Positions 14,865 to 29,078 of a stretch of 64,000 nt of DNA are shown here, in pieces. How positions within the stretch are numbered: position 1 is the first letter of the stretch; the number at the start of each line of letters is the position of its first letter. Both the position numbers and the translations under genes were made by a program. This stretch comes from the human T2T-CHM13v2.0 reference genome, Homo sapiens: NCBI RefSeq assembly GCF_009914755.1, contig NC_060925.1. The stretch is one strand, 5' to 3'. The notes below the pieces were generated by a model. It saw only the letters and a list, made by a program, of their open reading frames with translations, did not search any database and had not been told where the DNA came from.

Positions 14865-15881
14865 TTACATTTTGGCATGATTTTGCAGCGGCTGGTACCG
14901 GTTGTTCCTTGCCATGTTTAGCGCTTCCTTCAGGAGCTCTTTTAGGGCAGGCCTGGTGATGACAAAATCTCTCAGCATTTGCTTGTCTGTAAAGTATTTT
15001 ATTTCTCCTTCACTTATGAAGCTTAGTTTGGCTGGATATGAAATTCTGGGTTGAAAATTCTTTTATTTAAGAATGTTGAATATCGGCCCCCACTCTCTTC
15101 TGGCTTGTAGAGTTTCTGCTGAGAGATCTGCTGTTAGTCTGATGGGCTTCTCTTTGAGGGTAACCCGACCTTTCTCTCTGGCTGCCCTTAGCATTTTTTC
15201 CTTCATTTCAACTTTGGTGAATCTGATAATTATGTGTCTTGGAGTTGCTCTTCTCGAGGAGTATCTTTGTGGCGTTCTCTGTATTTCCTGAATCTGAACG
15301 TTGGCCTGCCTTGCTAGATTGGGGAAGTTCTCCTGGATAATATCCTGCAGAGTGTTTTTCAACTTGGTTCCATTCTCCCCGTCACTTTCAGGTACACCAA
15401 TCAGACGTAGATTTGGTCTTTTCACATAGTCCCATACTTCTTGGAGGCTTTGCTCGTTTCTTTTCATTCTTTTTTCTCTAAACTTCCCTTCTCGCTTCAT
15501 TTCATTCATTTCATCTTCCATCGCTGATACCCTTTCTTCCAGTTGATCGCATCAGCTCCTTAGGCTTCTGCATTCTTCACGTAGTTCTCGAGCCTTGGTT
15601 TTCAGCTCCATCAGCTCGTTTAAGCACTTCTCTGTATTGGTGATTCTAGTTATACATTCTTCTAAGTTTTTTTCAAAGTTTTCAACTCCTTTGCCTTTGG
15701 TTTGAATGTCCTCCCGTAGCTAGGAGTAATTTGATCATCTGAAGCCTTCTTCTCTCAGCTCGTCAAAGTCATTCCCCGTCCAGCTTTGTTCCATTGCTGG
15801 TGAGGAACTGCATTCCATTGGAGGAGGAGAGGTTCTCTGCTTTTTAGAGTTTCCAGTTTTTCTGCTCTGTTTTTTCCCCAT
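14865..15881 (-). pseudogene. L1 ORF1 (RNA-binding protein), nonsense-disrupted
   Basis: 1017 bp from ATGGGGAAAAAA to TAA. In-frame stops at codon 54 (TAG, 15720-22), codon 110 (TGA, 15552-54) and codon 273 (TAA, 15063-65). Confidence 0.95.
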
Positions 15882-16796
15882 CTTTGTGGTTTTATCTACT
15901 TTTGGTCTTTGATGATGGTGATGTACAGATGGGTTTTTGGTGTGGATGTCCTTTCTGTTTGTTAGTTTTCCTTCTAACAGACAGGACCCTCAGCTGCAGG
16001 TCTGTTGGAGTACCCGGCCGTGTGAGGTTTCATTCTGCCCCTGCTGGGGGGTGCCTCCCAGTTAGGCTGCTCAGGGGTCAGGGGTCAGGTGTCGGGGACC
16101 CACTTGAGGAGGCAGTCTGCCCATTCTCAGATCTCCAGCTGTGTGCTGGGAGAACCACTGCTCTCTTCAAAGCTGTCAGACAGGGACATTTAAGACTGCA
16201 GAGGTTACTGCTGTCTTTTTGTTTGTCTGTGCCCTGCCCCCAGAGGTGGAGCCTACAGAGGCAGGCAGGCGTCTTTGAGCTGTGTTGAGCTCCACCCAGT
16301 TCGAGCTTCCTGGCTGCTATGTTTTCCTAAGTGAGCCTGGGCAATGGCGGGCGCCCCTCCCGCAGCCTTGCTGTTGCCGTGCAGTTTCATCTCAGACTGC
16401 TGTGCTAGCAATCAGTGAGACTCCATGGGCATAGGACCCTCTGAGACAGGTGCGGGATATAATCTCCTGGTGCGCCGTTTTTTAAGCCCGTCGGAAAAGC
16501 GCAATATTCAGGTGGGAGTGACTCGATTTTCCATGTGCCGTCTGTCACCACTTTCTTTGACTAGGAAAGGGAACTCCCTGTCCCCTTGCGCTTCCCGAGT
16601 GAGGCAATGCCTCGCCCTGCTTCAGCTCATGCACGGTGCACGCACCCACTGACCTGCATCCACTCTCTGGCACTCCCTAGTGAGATGAACCCAGTACCTC
16701 AGATGGAAATGCGGAAATCACCTGTCTTCTGCGTTGCTCACGTTGGGAGCTGTAGACCAGAGCTGTTCCTATTCGGCCATCTTGGCTCCTCCCCCC
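15882..16796 (-). promoter_or_regulatory. L1 5'UTR internal sense promoter and antisense promoter
   Basis: YY1 site CAAGATGGCCG intact at 16774-16784. One SOX site appears mutated near 16316-16325. The UTR is 915 bp. Confidence 0.85.
16344..16652 (+). pseudogene. L1 ORF0 (antisense), premature stop
   Basis: ATG GCG GGC GCC CCT at 16344. TGA at 16416-16418. In-frame ATG at 16425 reopens 75 codons. Confidence 0.8.
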
Positions 16797-17258
16797 TCTA
16801 AATTTTCTAAGTTGGGAAATTGATAATAAAAGAAAGGCCTTTTGGAAAAATGTAGAATTTTAGAAATTGAAAGGACCTTCACATGAGTTATAGTAATGGG
16901 AATATTCAAAGTATTGTCTTATGTAATTTCTGCTCATTCTAACCCATATTAACCTGTAAAAATTAGAATTATCTAATTTTTTTAGGGATTCATTGGTGTT
17001 TAATACACTTCACTCAAGTCTATTACCAACTAAATATGAGTATAGGCTTGTAATATGAGAAGAAATAAGTAAACCCTATCTTTAAATTGTAATGGTACAC
17101 ATTATTTTATATTCCCACATAGACTAAATTGTATATGTATATATATGAAGGACTGTGGCTGTAATGTTCTTTGAACTCAATATTGAGTATGGCTCTTTGA
17201 GATATTTGAACAGTAATAATATTAATAATAAATTAGCCTTCAATTATTCTTAGATCAC

Positions 17259-17420
17259 TATGCTCGATAAAAGAAGCCAGACACAAAAGAATACATACAT
17301 AATTTCGCTTGTATGAACTGACAAGAAAAAGCAAATCTGAAGAGGCAGAAAGTAGATTAGTGGTCACCTCGGAAGAGGGTTGAGAATACAGAGTGACTGT
17401 AAATGGGCACAAGGTTTCTA
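17259..17420 (+). mobile_element. Old L1M (L1MC/L1ME) 3' fragment
   Basis: AAAAGAAGCCAGACACAAAAGAATACATAC...GAAAGTAGATTAGTGGT. Confidence 0.7.
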
Positions 17421-19542
17421 TAATAATTTTCTCACTGTATGCGAAAAAATGTCAGCATTGTTTTCTTATTTAAAAAATAAATTAAAACAGCTGTTCTGTC
17501 TTGTGAGGCTCAAGATTACCAACCAGATTGAATATTAACACAAGGAGGGTTGGGTTTTAATGTTCTTGCTGTTATTATTTAAGTTAGACTTACAGAAAGG
17601 ATACAGCAATATATCATATTAAAACTTGACTGTCATTTGAATTGTTTATTGCTTTCTACTAGCTGTTTGTGAATATGTTTGATGTAAGGACTCCATGAGA
17701 AATCAGAAGTGCTGAGGCTCTCATTTCAAATTTTTGTTTCTCTTGGGCAAACAGGCACTACAGTTAATTTCAACCATTGGCAGTAAACAACTTCACCATG
17801 ACGACTATTAGGCAACAATCATTTTAAGAAAGCTTCCCAGGTGACAGAGCCTGTGGTGCCAGAAACTCATTGAAAAAACTAAAGCCACAAATACAAAGAA
17901 AGTGCAACTGAGCCCTATGGATTAATGAGATACAAAAATGCAATTCAGAAGAACAAAACTTCACAGTTTGTTTTATTATGTGTGAGTCTATTAACTATGT
18001 CATTAAATTTGAAAGCAAGCCATTAGCTAGTCTTTCTCCCTATGTCTATGTGTCTCTAAATGACAATGAAAAAACATATTCAGTTGTAAAGTCTCAGAAT
18101 ATTCTCATGTGGGAAAAGTGGTACTATTTTCCCTTGATGTTTCCACCACTGTTTTTCTTATAAAAACCCAAAGAGATTTTGTAATACAGACATTAAATAG
18201 GTTCAGATATGGTAATGTTGCATTTCAATACTTTTTATCTTTTGTGTACTCGGAAATATTAAAAATCAAATACTTCTAAGCACTTTTTTTTTCTATTCCC
18301 ACAACGATACTTTAAACTGTTTTGTGGTTTCTAGGCAAGGTAATATTGTGGCTGCTCCGTGCCATAGCCTTAGGCTCAGAATACTCTGAGTCCTTCAGTT
18401 TTATCCTTCAAAATTGTTCAAACTGCCTCAATGCTTTGTTGAGCAGCAGCATTGGCTCTCCTTTTCAGGCTCAACCATCTGAGCGTCTCCAATAATTAGC
18501 AATTTCTAAACTTTTAAATAGCATGTTGCCTATGACACATAACATATGCAGATCTTGTTTTGGGTCACATATAAACACTTCTGCTGAGGCTTTTCAAAAG
18601 ACTGTAATGAGCCAGAATCCAAAATCCAAGAAATAAGAAAATAAAAATAAAGCAAGACTGAACTCCTGTATGTAATTTTGCAGGGAGTATGGATATTATT
18701 TATTACGTATTATCCTAGCTCTAATTATCCTTTCTCTAATGTATCCTAACATACATTTGAGAAACTGAAATGATCTATATATTATCATTATTGAAATTTT
18801 TCTCCTCTGAACATATTTTCATGTTTGCTTTTTGGAGTATTGTATTGGACTAATATCTTTTGTATTTTCCTATAACAGATCATTTAGAATACTGAGATTG
18901 CACATATACCTTAGAATAAACATGTGAATTAGAGTTAGAGTGGTTGTCCTTTACCATAAGTGTACACACCATGGTGGCAATAAAGATAATAACAAAGATG
19001 CATTATTTTTCAACAAACCTTGAACTAGGAATTTTCAATGAACTATCTTATTTAGCAAATTCCTTAGTTTATACTTGTTTGGCTAGGGGAAGTTACATCA
19101 TCTGAACAAGTTCAATCAGAGTTTTTTTGGGGGGAGGAGGGGGAGGGGATCTGGAATTGGGTTGGGACGCATTGCAGGAGCAGAGGATAAAACCTAGTGG
19201 GTTAGTTACCAGACACTACATCTGGCCCATTTATGATTTTCCTTTGTGAAAGAAAAAGAAAACAAAAAACCCCCACAAAATTATGGATAATGGGAGAAAT
19301 GAAGCAGACAGAGAAAATAAAATACATAAGAAAAAATAGTCTGGGTTCTAGGTTTCTGATGATTTTCTAGTTTCTGTCATTTGTGAGAATCTGCTGTATT
19401 TCAATTAGATGAGATATTTAAGCATATGTTTTCCTCCCTTACATTAGCTTTGGTTCTCTTGTTTTTATTCTACAAAACTTCCACTGAAGCTAATATTTTG
19501 ATTAGCTGTACATACATGCACACATACATACACATACACACA

Positions 19543-19866
19543 CAGTCATGCATCACTAATGGAAGAGAATACATTCTGAGAAATGTAGCTTTACAAAATT
19601 TTGTCATTGTGTGAACATCCCAGAGTGTACTTCCACACACCTAGATGGTATAGCCTACTACAAAACTAAGCTATATGGTATAGACTGTTCCTCTCAGTCT
19701 ACTAATATGTACAGTATGTTACTGCACTGGATACTGTAGTTAATTGTAACACAATGGTATTTGTCTATGTAACCATTAAAATATACAGTAATATATGGTA
19801 TTATAATTATGGGACTACCATGGTTTATATTGTCCATCATTAAAGCATCATTATTTAGCATGTCTG
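19543..19866. mobile_element. Tigger3a (MER7A)-like DNA transposon
   Basis: CAGTCATGC...GCATGTCTG terminal inverted repeats and internal CTAGATGGTATAGCCTACTAC. Confidence 0.85.
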
Positions 19867-20202
19867 TTCATATGGATATTGTTCCCATCATTTCAGCTAA
19901 CTTAGCATTGTGCCCCAAAGTAGATTTTAGTTAATCAGTCTGAAGTAAAAGTATAATAAAGACAACAGCAAACAAAACCAGGATAGCCAACATTCAGAGA
20001 ATAAGTCCCTTACCACTTTTTGTGTGTTCGTTTTCTAGTTTTCTAAACTGTTCCTGTAGATATTAAGCCATATAAGTTATGTGAATTTTGTTTAGCCTTG
20101 TCAGAAAGGCACATAGCGGTTTCTTAAATATTGCCTAAAGAGGCTAATTTGGGGTAACAGGGAGTAAATTGGTGGGGCTCTTTTGCAATCAGATATCCTT
20201 GC

Positions 20203-20206
<4 letters not shown>

Positions 20207-20246
<40 letters not shown>
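20207..20246. repeat. (AC)20 microsatellite
   Basis: Perfect dinucleotide run. Confidence 0.97.
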
Positions 20247-20248
<2 letters not shown>

Positions 20249-20939
20249 TTCAAATATGTATATATATAGATAAATTTTCTGGAATAGAAAAGTTTTCACT
20301 GCTTTAAAATAATGTAAAAACTGTTGACTTCTTAAGATCTAAAATGTTCTCTGTTTTCAGTTTATATGATATGAAGAGCATAGATGTAGACATACACAAT
20401 ATTTATATGACCCGAATGATTGAAAATAAAAGATAAAAAGAACAAAACATAGGCCAATGCCCATCAGTAGAAATTTTACATATGTAAATCTCTCCATGTT
20501 GGTTAGGAGAAGTTTTTGAAATTAGCAACAGAAATACAGGAATAGCTACAGGGCTTGTTTGAATCATCAAGAAGTGTAATCCATCTAAGACCTCTGACCA
20601 GGAGTAGTTTTAAAAATAAAATTTGTTCTTTTTTATTTTTTTCCTTACAACTAAGACCTAGAGGTTTTTCTGGCCATGATAATGTATAATTAACTTTTTT
20701 TTCATAGGTTTTTGAGAAGCAATCAAAACAGTGGTAAATAAAAGTAAAAGAGAGCATTTTGCAATTAAGATAGCAATTGCTTCTATAAAATTATTGAATA
20801 TTCAACAAATAGCAAAATGTCTTTTTTCTTTCAAACTTCATACTATTAAAAACAGCTAATAAAACAACTAGATATATGAGAATGGCATTGAACATTTAAA
20901 ATAAGGTTTTCGTTATCAAAGGAAAAAGAAAGATAACGT

Positions 20940-22654
<1,715 letters not shown>

Positions 22655-24385
22655 GCAGAAATTTGCGTAAGTAACAAGAAACTAGCCACGACAATGGGGA
22701 AAATGTCTCCTGGGCATGTCAGAGACCTTCACAACTGCATTTCCCATCACAGTCCCTGAGGCCTACAAGGGAATTATGGTTTTATGGGCTGGGCCCAAAG
22801 CCTCCTTGCTTTATGCAGCCTAGGGACATGGTTTTCTGTGTCCCAGCTGCATCACTCCACCTGTGGCTAAAAGGGGCCAAGGTATAGCTCAGACTATTGC
22901 TTCAGAGGGTGCAAGCCCCAAGCCCTGATGGCTTCCATGGTGTGGTGTTGAGCCTGTGGGTGCACAGAAGTCAAGAACCAAGGTTTGGAAACCTCCACCT
23001 AGATTTTAGAGGATGTAAGGTAATGCCTGGATGTCCAGGAATTTTGAAGCAGGAGTGGAGTCCTCCTGGACAACCTCTGCCACGACAGTGTGAAAGGGAA
23101 ATGTGGGTTCAGAGCCCACACACAGAGCTTACACTAAGGCATTGCCTAGTGAGAGGACGGCCACTGACCTCCAGACCCAGAAATGGTAGCTCCACCAACA
23201 GCTTGCACTGTGTGCCTGGAAAAGCCACAGACACTCAAGAAAAGCAGCCAGAAGGGGGCTTGTTGCGGGAAGTCAGGCACCCCAAATGGAGGGACCAGCT
23301 GAAGCCATGGCAGAAGAACGTAGATTGTGAAGATTTCATGGACATTTATTAGTTCCCCAAATTAAGACTTTTGTAATTTCTTATGCCTGTCTTTACTGCA
23401 ATCTCTAAACATAAATTGTAAAGATTTCATGGACACTTATCACTTCCCCAATCAATACCCTTGTGATTTCCTATGCCTGTCTTTACTTTAATCTCTTAAT
23501 CCTGTCAGCTGCAGAGGATGTATGTCACCTCAGGACCCTGTAATAATTGCATTAACTGCACAAATTGTACAGCATGTGTGTTTGAGCAATATGAAATCTG
23601 GGCACCTTGAAAAAAGGACAGGATAAAAGCAATTGTTTGGGGAATAAGAGAGATAACCTTAAACTCTGACTGCTGGTGAGCCGGGCAGAACAGAGCCATA
23701 TTTCTCTTCTTTCAAAAGTAAATGGGAGAAATACCGCTGAATTCTTTTTCTCAGCCAGTAACATCCCTGGGAAAGAGAATACGATCCTGGAGGTATAGGC
23801 CTATAATCAGCCCCCCGGGCGTGCCTGTCTCTTATGGTAGAGACTGCAGGGGTGAAATAGACCCCAGTCTCCCATATCACTCCCAGGCTTATTAGGAAGA
23901 GGAAATTCCTGCCTAATAAATTTTGGTCAGACCAGTTGATCTCAAAACGCTGTCTCCTGATAAGATGTTATCAATGACAATGGTGCCCGAAACTTCATTA
24001 GCAATTTTAATTTTGCCTCCATCCTGTGGTCCTGTGATCTCACCCTGCCTCCATTTGCCTTGTGATATTCTATTACCTTATAAAGTACTTGATGTCTGTG
24101 ACCCACACCTATTCGCACACTCCCTCCCCTTTGAAAATCCCTAATAAAAACTTGCTGGTTTTTGCTGCTTGTGGGGCATCACGGAATCTACCGACATGTG
24201 ATGTCTCCCCCGGACACCCAGCTTTAAAATTTCTCTCTTTTGTACTCTGTCCTTTTATTTTTCAAGCTGGCCGACGCCTCAGGAAAATAGAAAAGAACCT
24301 ATGTGAATATCGGCAGATTCCCTGATAGGGGTTGTACCCTGCAAAGCCACAAGGGCAGAGTTTCCCAAGGCTGGTGGAGCTCCCT
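22655..24385 (+). mobile_element. THE1/MST internal-sequence fragment lacking LTRs, split by MER11
   Basis: MaLR internal motifs GCAGAAATTTGC..CAATGGGGAAAATGTCTCC..GCTTGCACTGTGTGCCTGGAAAAGCCACAGACACTCAA. Resumes at 24334 with GTACCCTGCAAAGCCAC. Confidence 0.85.
23261..24327 (+). mobile_element. MER11 (probably MER11C; HERV-K HML-8) solo LTR
   Basis: TGTTGCGGGAAGTCAGG start and TTCCCTGATA end, 1067 bp. 6-bp TSD GGGGCT/GGGGTT. Confidence 0.93.
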
Positions 24386-24549
24386 TTGCCTTCATAGACA
24401 GTATTATGATTAGAAGTTATTTTTCTTCATTGATAACTAAATAACAAAACTTCTAGTGTTGCAAGTAAATAAGATTAGAGGAGGGAGAGGTGGAATTGAG
24501 GGGAACAATATTATGTTGTTCTCATAAAGACATAATTTTATAAGTACTT

Positions 24550-26100
24550 TTTGAATAAAAATATCTTCTGAAACATAACTAACGTGAAAAATCTTATGAC
24601 TCTGCTCCACCTATAAAAAGTCTATATTTAAAAAATCATGTCAAAATAATCAAAAGGTAATTGCCACTTAAGTGGAAAATAATTAATGGGGCTGCATAGG
24701 AGTACTACAAAATAATACAGCCAATAAAAAAAGTATAACTGTTACAAACTTCCATTCACTTAAACAATGACTTGGAATATATAAGCCACATCCCACAAAC
24801 TAAAAGAACTACAAATAGGTGGTGACAGATTTTTAAAGTTCTCAATTAGAAACTGAAAGATAAAACTGACAAAGTATTTTTAAGGATTCATAGGACTTAA
24901 GCGTATTCAATGAATAAAATTTATCTAAAATATGTTTTAGAAACTTTCACCTGCAACATGCTACAAATTGAATATTGATAAAATCAAGCCATAAAATAAC
25001 GTACATTATAGTTAAGATATATGAGCCTGACTAAAAATGCAATAAAATTGAAAAGTAACTATTAAACAAAGCCTAAATAACTCATGGATTAATAGAAAGC
25101 CATACTAACTTGTTTGAAGTACTCAGCAATGATTGACAAAGGAAGCACTACATATAAACATGTATTACAATATAAGTGAAACTTAAAATAAATTTTAAAT
25201 TAAAATTTTAAATCCGTTTATGGAAAATAATCAATAATATTTGAAATAAGCTCAGTGTTTAAATCAGAGGCTATAAAATAATAGCAATATTAACCTTATA
25301 AAAGTAATAAAAACTATTAAAATGGAATAAAATAGGAATCAAAATATCAAAAAATTATTTTAGGATACAACAAATAATGTAAAAATACAGCAACATTGAT
25401 CAAAAATAAGTACAGAAAACAAAAATATTTAATATTTTAAGTAATATTTTCACATATCAGCCAAAGGATTAGCATCCACAATTACAAAAATAGCCAATAA
25501 AATATCTAAGGAAAAATCAATAGCACAATAAAAAAACAGGCAAAGGAAAATGTAGAAAATCTATGGTTATTTTTTGAAAACCTTCCAAAAATAAAAACTT
25601 TTGAACTTTGCTTGAGAGAGTAAGTTGTTGGTGAATTCACATTGGAGTTCTATTTTACACTGTGAAAACCCATACACACTAATGCCAATTACAAATAGAT
25701 GTTGGAGACATTGGTGGGTTAAATTCAATAAATTTACAGGGATATTTGTCATAGCTTTTTGTGGTAATTTTATAAATTTGTTAATAATTTAAGTATCCAT
25801 TATTATGGGAATAAATACATTTTGGATATTTATTTAGAGGACTATTCTTTAGTGGTTAAAATATAAGAACTGAATCTAAATTCTTTCTGGATAGTTCTCA
25901 AAATTAATAGTATTTCATAACAAACAAGCTTCCATAATATACCATTTTTGAAAATTTAATTAAATAATTAAAACATTGCACACTATATAGACATATATGT
26001 ATTAAGCTATTTTAAAGGGCCATATACATCCAAATTCATAAAAGTGGTTAGCTTTTAGAATGAATACAAGGAAACAAGATTGTGAAGACAAAGTGTGGAA
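24550..26100 (+). mobile_element. Highly decayed L1ME-like remnants
   Basis: A-rich sequence with patchy L1 ORF2 and 3'-end similarity (e.g. AATAAAAAACAGGCAAAGG). Boundaries approximate. Confidence 0.4.
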
Positions 26101-26274
26101 AGATAATTTTTTTCCATAAAATATACCCTTAAAAAAGTAAAAGAAATAGCGAGGATGATGTAAAATTTGTTTTATAACTGAATAATCATGATTGCTTCAA
26201 GTAGAAAGGTAAATCAGCTGAATACTTTTGCTATTGACCACTACACACATTAAGCCTTATAAAAAGGAAAATTC

Positions 26275-26543
26275 AGCCAGGCACAGTGGCTGACGCCTGT
26301 AATCCCAGCACTTTGGGAGGCCGAGGTGGGCGGATCACAAGGTAAGGAGTTCTATATCAGTCTGTCCAACACAGGGAAACCCCGTCTCTACTAAATATAC
26401 AAAAAATTAGCCTATAATCCCAGCTACTCCGGAGGCTGAGGCAGGAGAATCGCATGAAACCGGGAGGCAGAGGTTGCAGTTAGCCAAAATCGCCCCATTG
26501 CACAACAGTGCAAGACTCCCTCTCAAAAAAATCAAAAAGAAGA
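26275..26543 (+). mobile_element. AluS (Sg-like) with two internal deletions
   Basis: The right monomer jumps at ATTAGCC|TATAATCCC and at TTGCAC|AACAG. Confidence 0.92.
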
Positions 26544-26629
26544 AAAATTATTGATATTGTTAATAGCAATTGTATACCCTTTAGCCTTGAAAATTATTGA
26601 TATTGTTAATAGCAATTGTATACCCTTTA
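26544..26629. repeat. 40-bp perfect direct repeat, period 46
   Basis: AAAATTATTGATATTGTTAATAGCAATTGTATACCCTTTA at 26544 and 26590. Confidence 0.95.
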
Positions 26630-27238
26630 CTAGGTTTGATGTTTAAGATATTTTCTCCCCCGCCAAACTTAGGGGGATCTACAACCACCATTTACCTTCC
26701 TTTAGTATCCAGCAACTGACTTCTATTGATTCCAGTGCTTGCCCTCTGTCTAGGGTCTCCTTTCCTAGGAACTGCATTTATTCTATGGCTTGGTGACAGA
26801 ATATGTAGGCATGTGTTTATTGCCATGAATCAAGAGAAAAATTACCTGAGAAAAGAAGACAAGTCTGAGACTTAAATAATAGTCCTTGGCCAGGATAGAA
26901 GTTAAAGCTCACACCACAAATGTCATAAAGATTATAAAGTGTAGGTAATTGGGTACCACTTCTGATAATGACTATGTTTGGTGGTAACGTGTGTTTAGCA
27001 GCTTTGTTTATATGTAAATTATAGACTGTGTCCAAGAAAAGTAGCAACTGTATGTTTGTTTGCCAATGCCTATTTTCTTTCTATCACTCTGTTGAAACAG
27101 CGTCAACTTCACATTTCTATTCCCTTCTATTCGATGTTGATTAATTCTGGTACATCATACCCAAACCAGAAAGAAAACGGAGTTAGAGAAGGAAGAGGAG
27201 AAAGAGAATGAGGAGGTGGAGTGTAAGTGCAGAAAAGG

Positions 27239-27322
27239 CATTAAAGTAAATTAAGTTACATGGTACAAAATGAAGACATTAAACATTAAAGTAAATTAAA
27301 TTACACAGTACAAGATAAAGAC
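27239..27322. repeat. 39-bp diverged tandem duplication, period 45
   Basis: CATTAAAGTAAATTAA... copies at 27239 and 27284, with 5 mismatches. Confidence 0.88.
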
Positions 27323-28925
27323 CTTTGATTTGCTATTTGGGAACTCTATGGTTTTCCGTCAGTTTGTTAATAATTTTCTAATCAAGTAGGCTATGAGCCT
27401 GAGCCAAGATTGCAAGTAATCTCAGTAAATCTGAATGGATGCAACAGAGAAAAAATTAGAGAGTAATAAAGATAATGACAGGATGTGGAACCAGAGGAAG
27501 ATGCTATGGTTTACTTTCTTTTCTTAACAGTTACCTTACTGCACTAAGAATGTACCGTATACATAAATTGATTGTTTTAATTTTTTAAAATTTGCAGTAT
27601 TTACCATATGTAATACTGTGCTTTTTCTGGCTGCATACATACCTAATTTCTACATTATCATGAATATTCATTTAACGAACTCAACTACCTTCTTTTTGCT
27701 TCACAGCGCATAATTCATTTGTCCTTTTAATTATTCTAACAGTCCTATAGAGTAATGTAATTATATAAAAAAATGAATAATATAGTTTAAAATCTGAAGT
27801 TTGTCATTGGAAAGCTAGCAAGAGACACATAACAAGACAATTCTCAGTAGGTGTAGGTGATCAACTGAATGGCGTGAGGCTTCTGCTTAGCTGACAATAT
27901 TTAGATTGTTAGCTGTTTTATAATTGAAATTCCTTGCTGCAGTTCTCTAAAGGATAGTAATTTAGATGTATCATTTAAACTTCTACTGCCACACTGTCTT
28001 TCCACAATTATTCAAGCTGAAGTAAAAAATTACTCCCTAGTTATTTTTAATCTGATATTTTATCAAGTAAACATATATATGAATTGTTCCAGGGAGCATT
28101 TAAATAATAAATAGGAAGAATTCTAGATGAATGCATTGTCCTTTAAAGTTAGAAGGGTCTCCGTCCTCAGAGGAGCAACTGAGACCCCAGGGCCTTTCCA
28201 TATTAACTTATTAGTGTCACCAAGTCAACTGAATAGTTGGACAAACACAAATAAAATAGACATATATTCCACCTGTGAATTATTCTTGCTGAGTAGGTAT
28301 ATCACACAGTTTCTGTTGAAATGTTAAGAACTGTATATATATATAGAAACACACACACGTACTACTATACTCAAAACTTTAACAAATATTCTCTACCTAT
28401 TAAATAGTTCATTATAGTACAATTAAGAATAACTGAACATTTAGAAATTAGGAGTCTCACGAAAGATCAGTCTAGCCCTTACTGGTAACTATAGGAACTT
28501 GAATTTACAGTAATCAATGTACTCAACTAATCTACCAATAATTTGGCTCTAATTGATAGTTTCTGTAAGGTATTCTCTCCTGTATATTTTTTCTTTCTTC
28601 TCCTTTAAAATAGAATACTTAGCAAATTAATTATATGAACCAAAATAAACATCTTCAATTAATTTTTGAAAAAATATTTAATATTAATTATCTCTTTTCT
28701 TATTCCTTCAGTTAGAAAACATTTATTTTTAAGAGAAGGATTTGAAAAAAAAAAACAGCAATTTCTTATCAAGCTAACACAGTTCATAAGACCTGAAAAT
28801 AAATTCTTCTTAGTCTATTTTCAAATACAAAAACTAGATTGTATGTTATGTTATATTCAATATTTATTTCTTCATGGAGGTATCAAGTATCCTTATAAAC
28901 AGTTCAGGCTTTTAATTCAAGTCTA

Positions 28926-29078
28926 ACTGGATTAGAATCAGTTTTCTAATTTCCATCTATATAATCACTGGCAATAGTAAGTGAGCTTGAATTTCTTCAA
29001 TACTGGATTAGAATCTGTTTTCTAAATTTCCATCTGTATAATCACTGGCAATAGTATGTGAGCTTGAATTTCTTCAAT
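28926..29078. repeat. 76/77-bp tandem duplication (in MIR-like sequence)
   Basis: ACTGGATTAGAATC...GAATTTCTTCAAT at 28926 and 29002, with 3 substitutions and 1 indel. Confidence 0.95.

Noticed and set aside
19129-19166. Potential G-quadruplex
   Set aside because: One loop is 10 nt, the motif is isolated, and there is no promoter context.
23325-23500. ~90-bp direct repeat inside MER11
   Set aside because: As I recall, this is a standard feature of the MER11 consensus, not specific to this locus.
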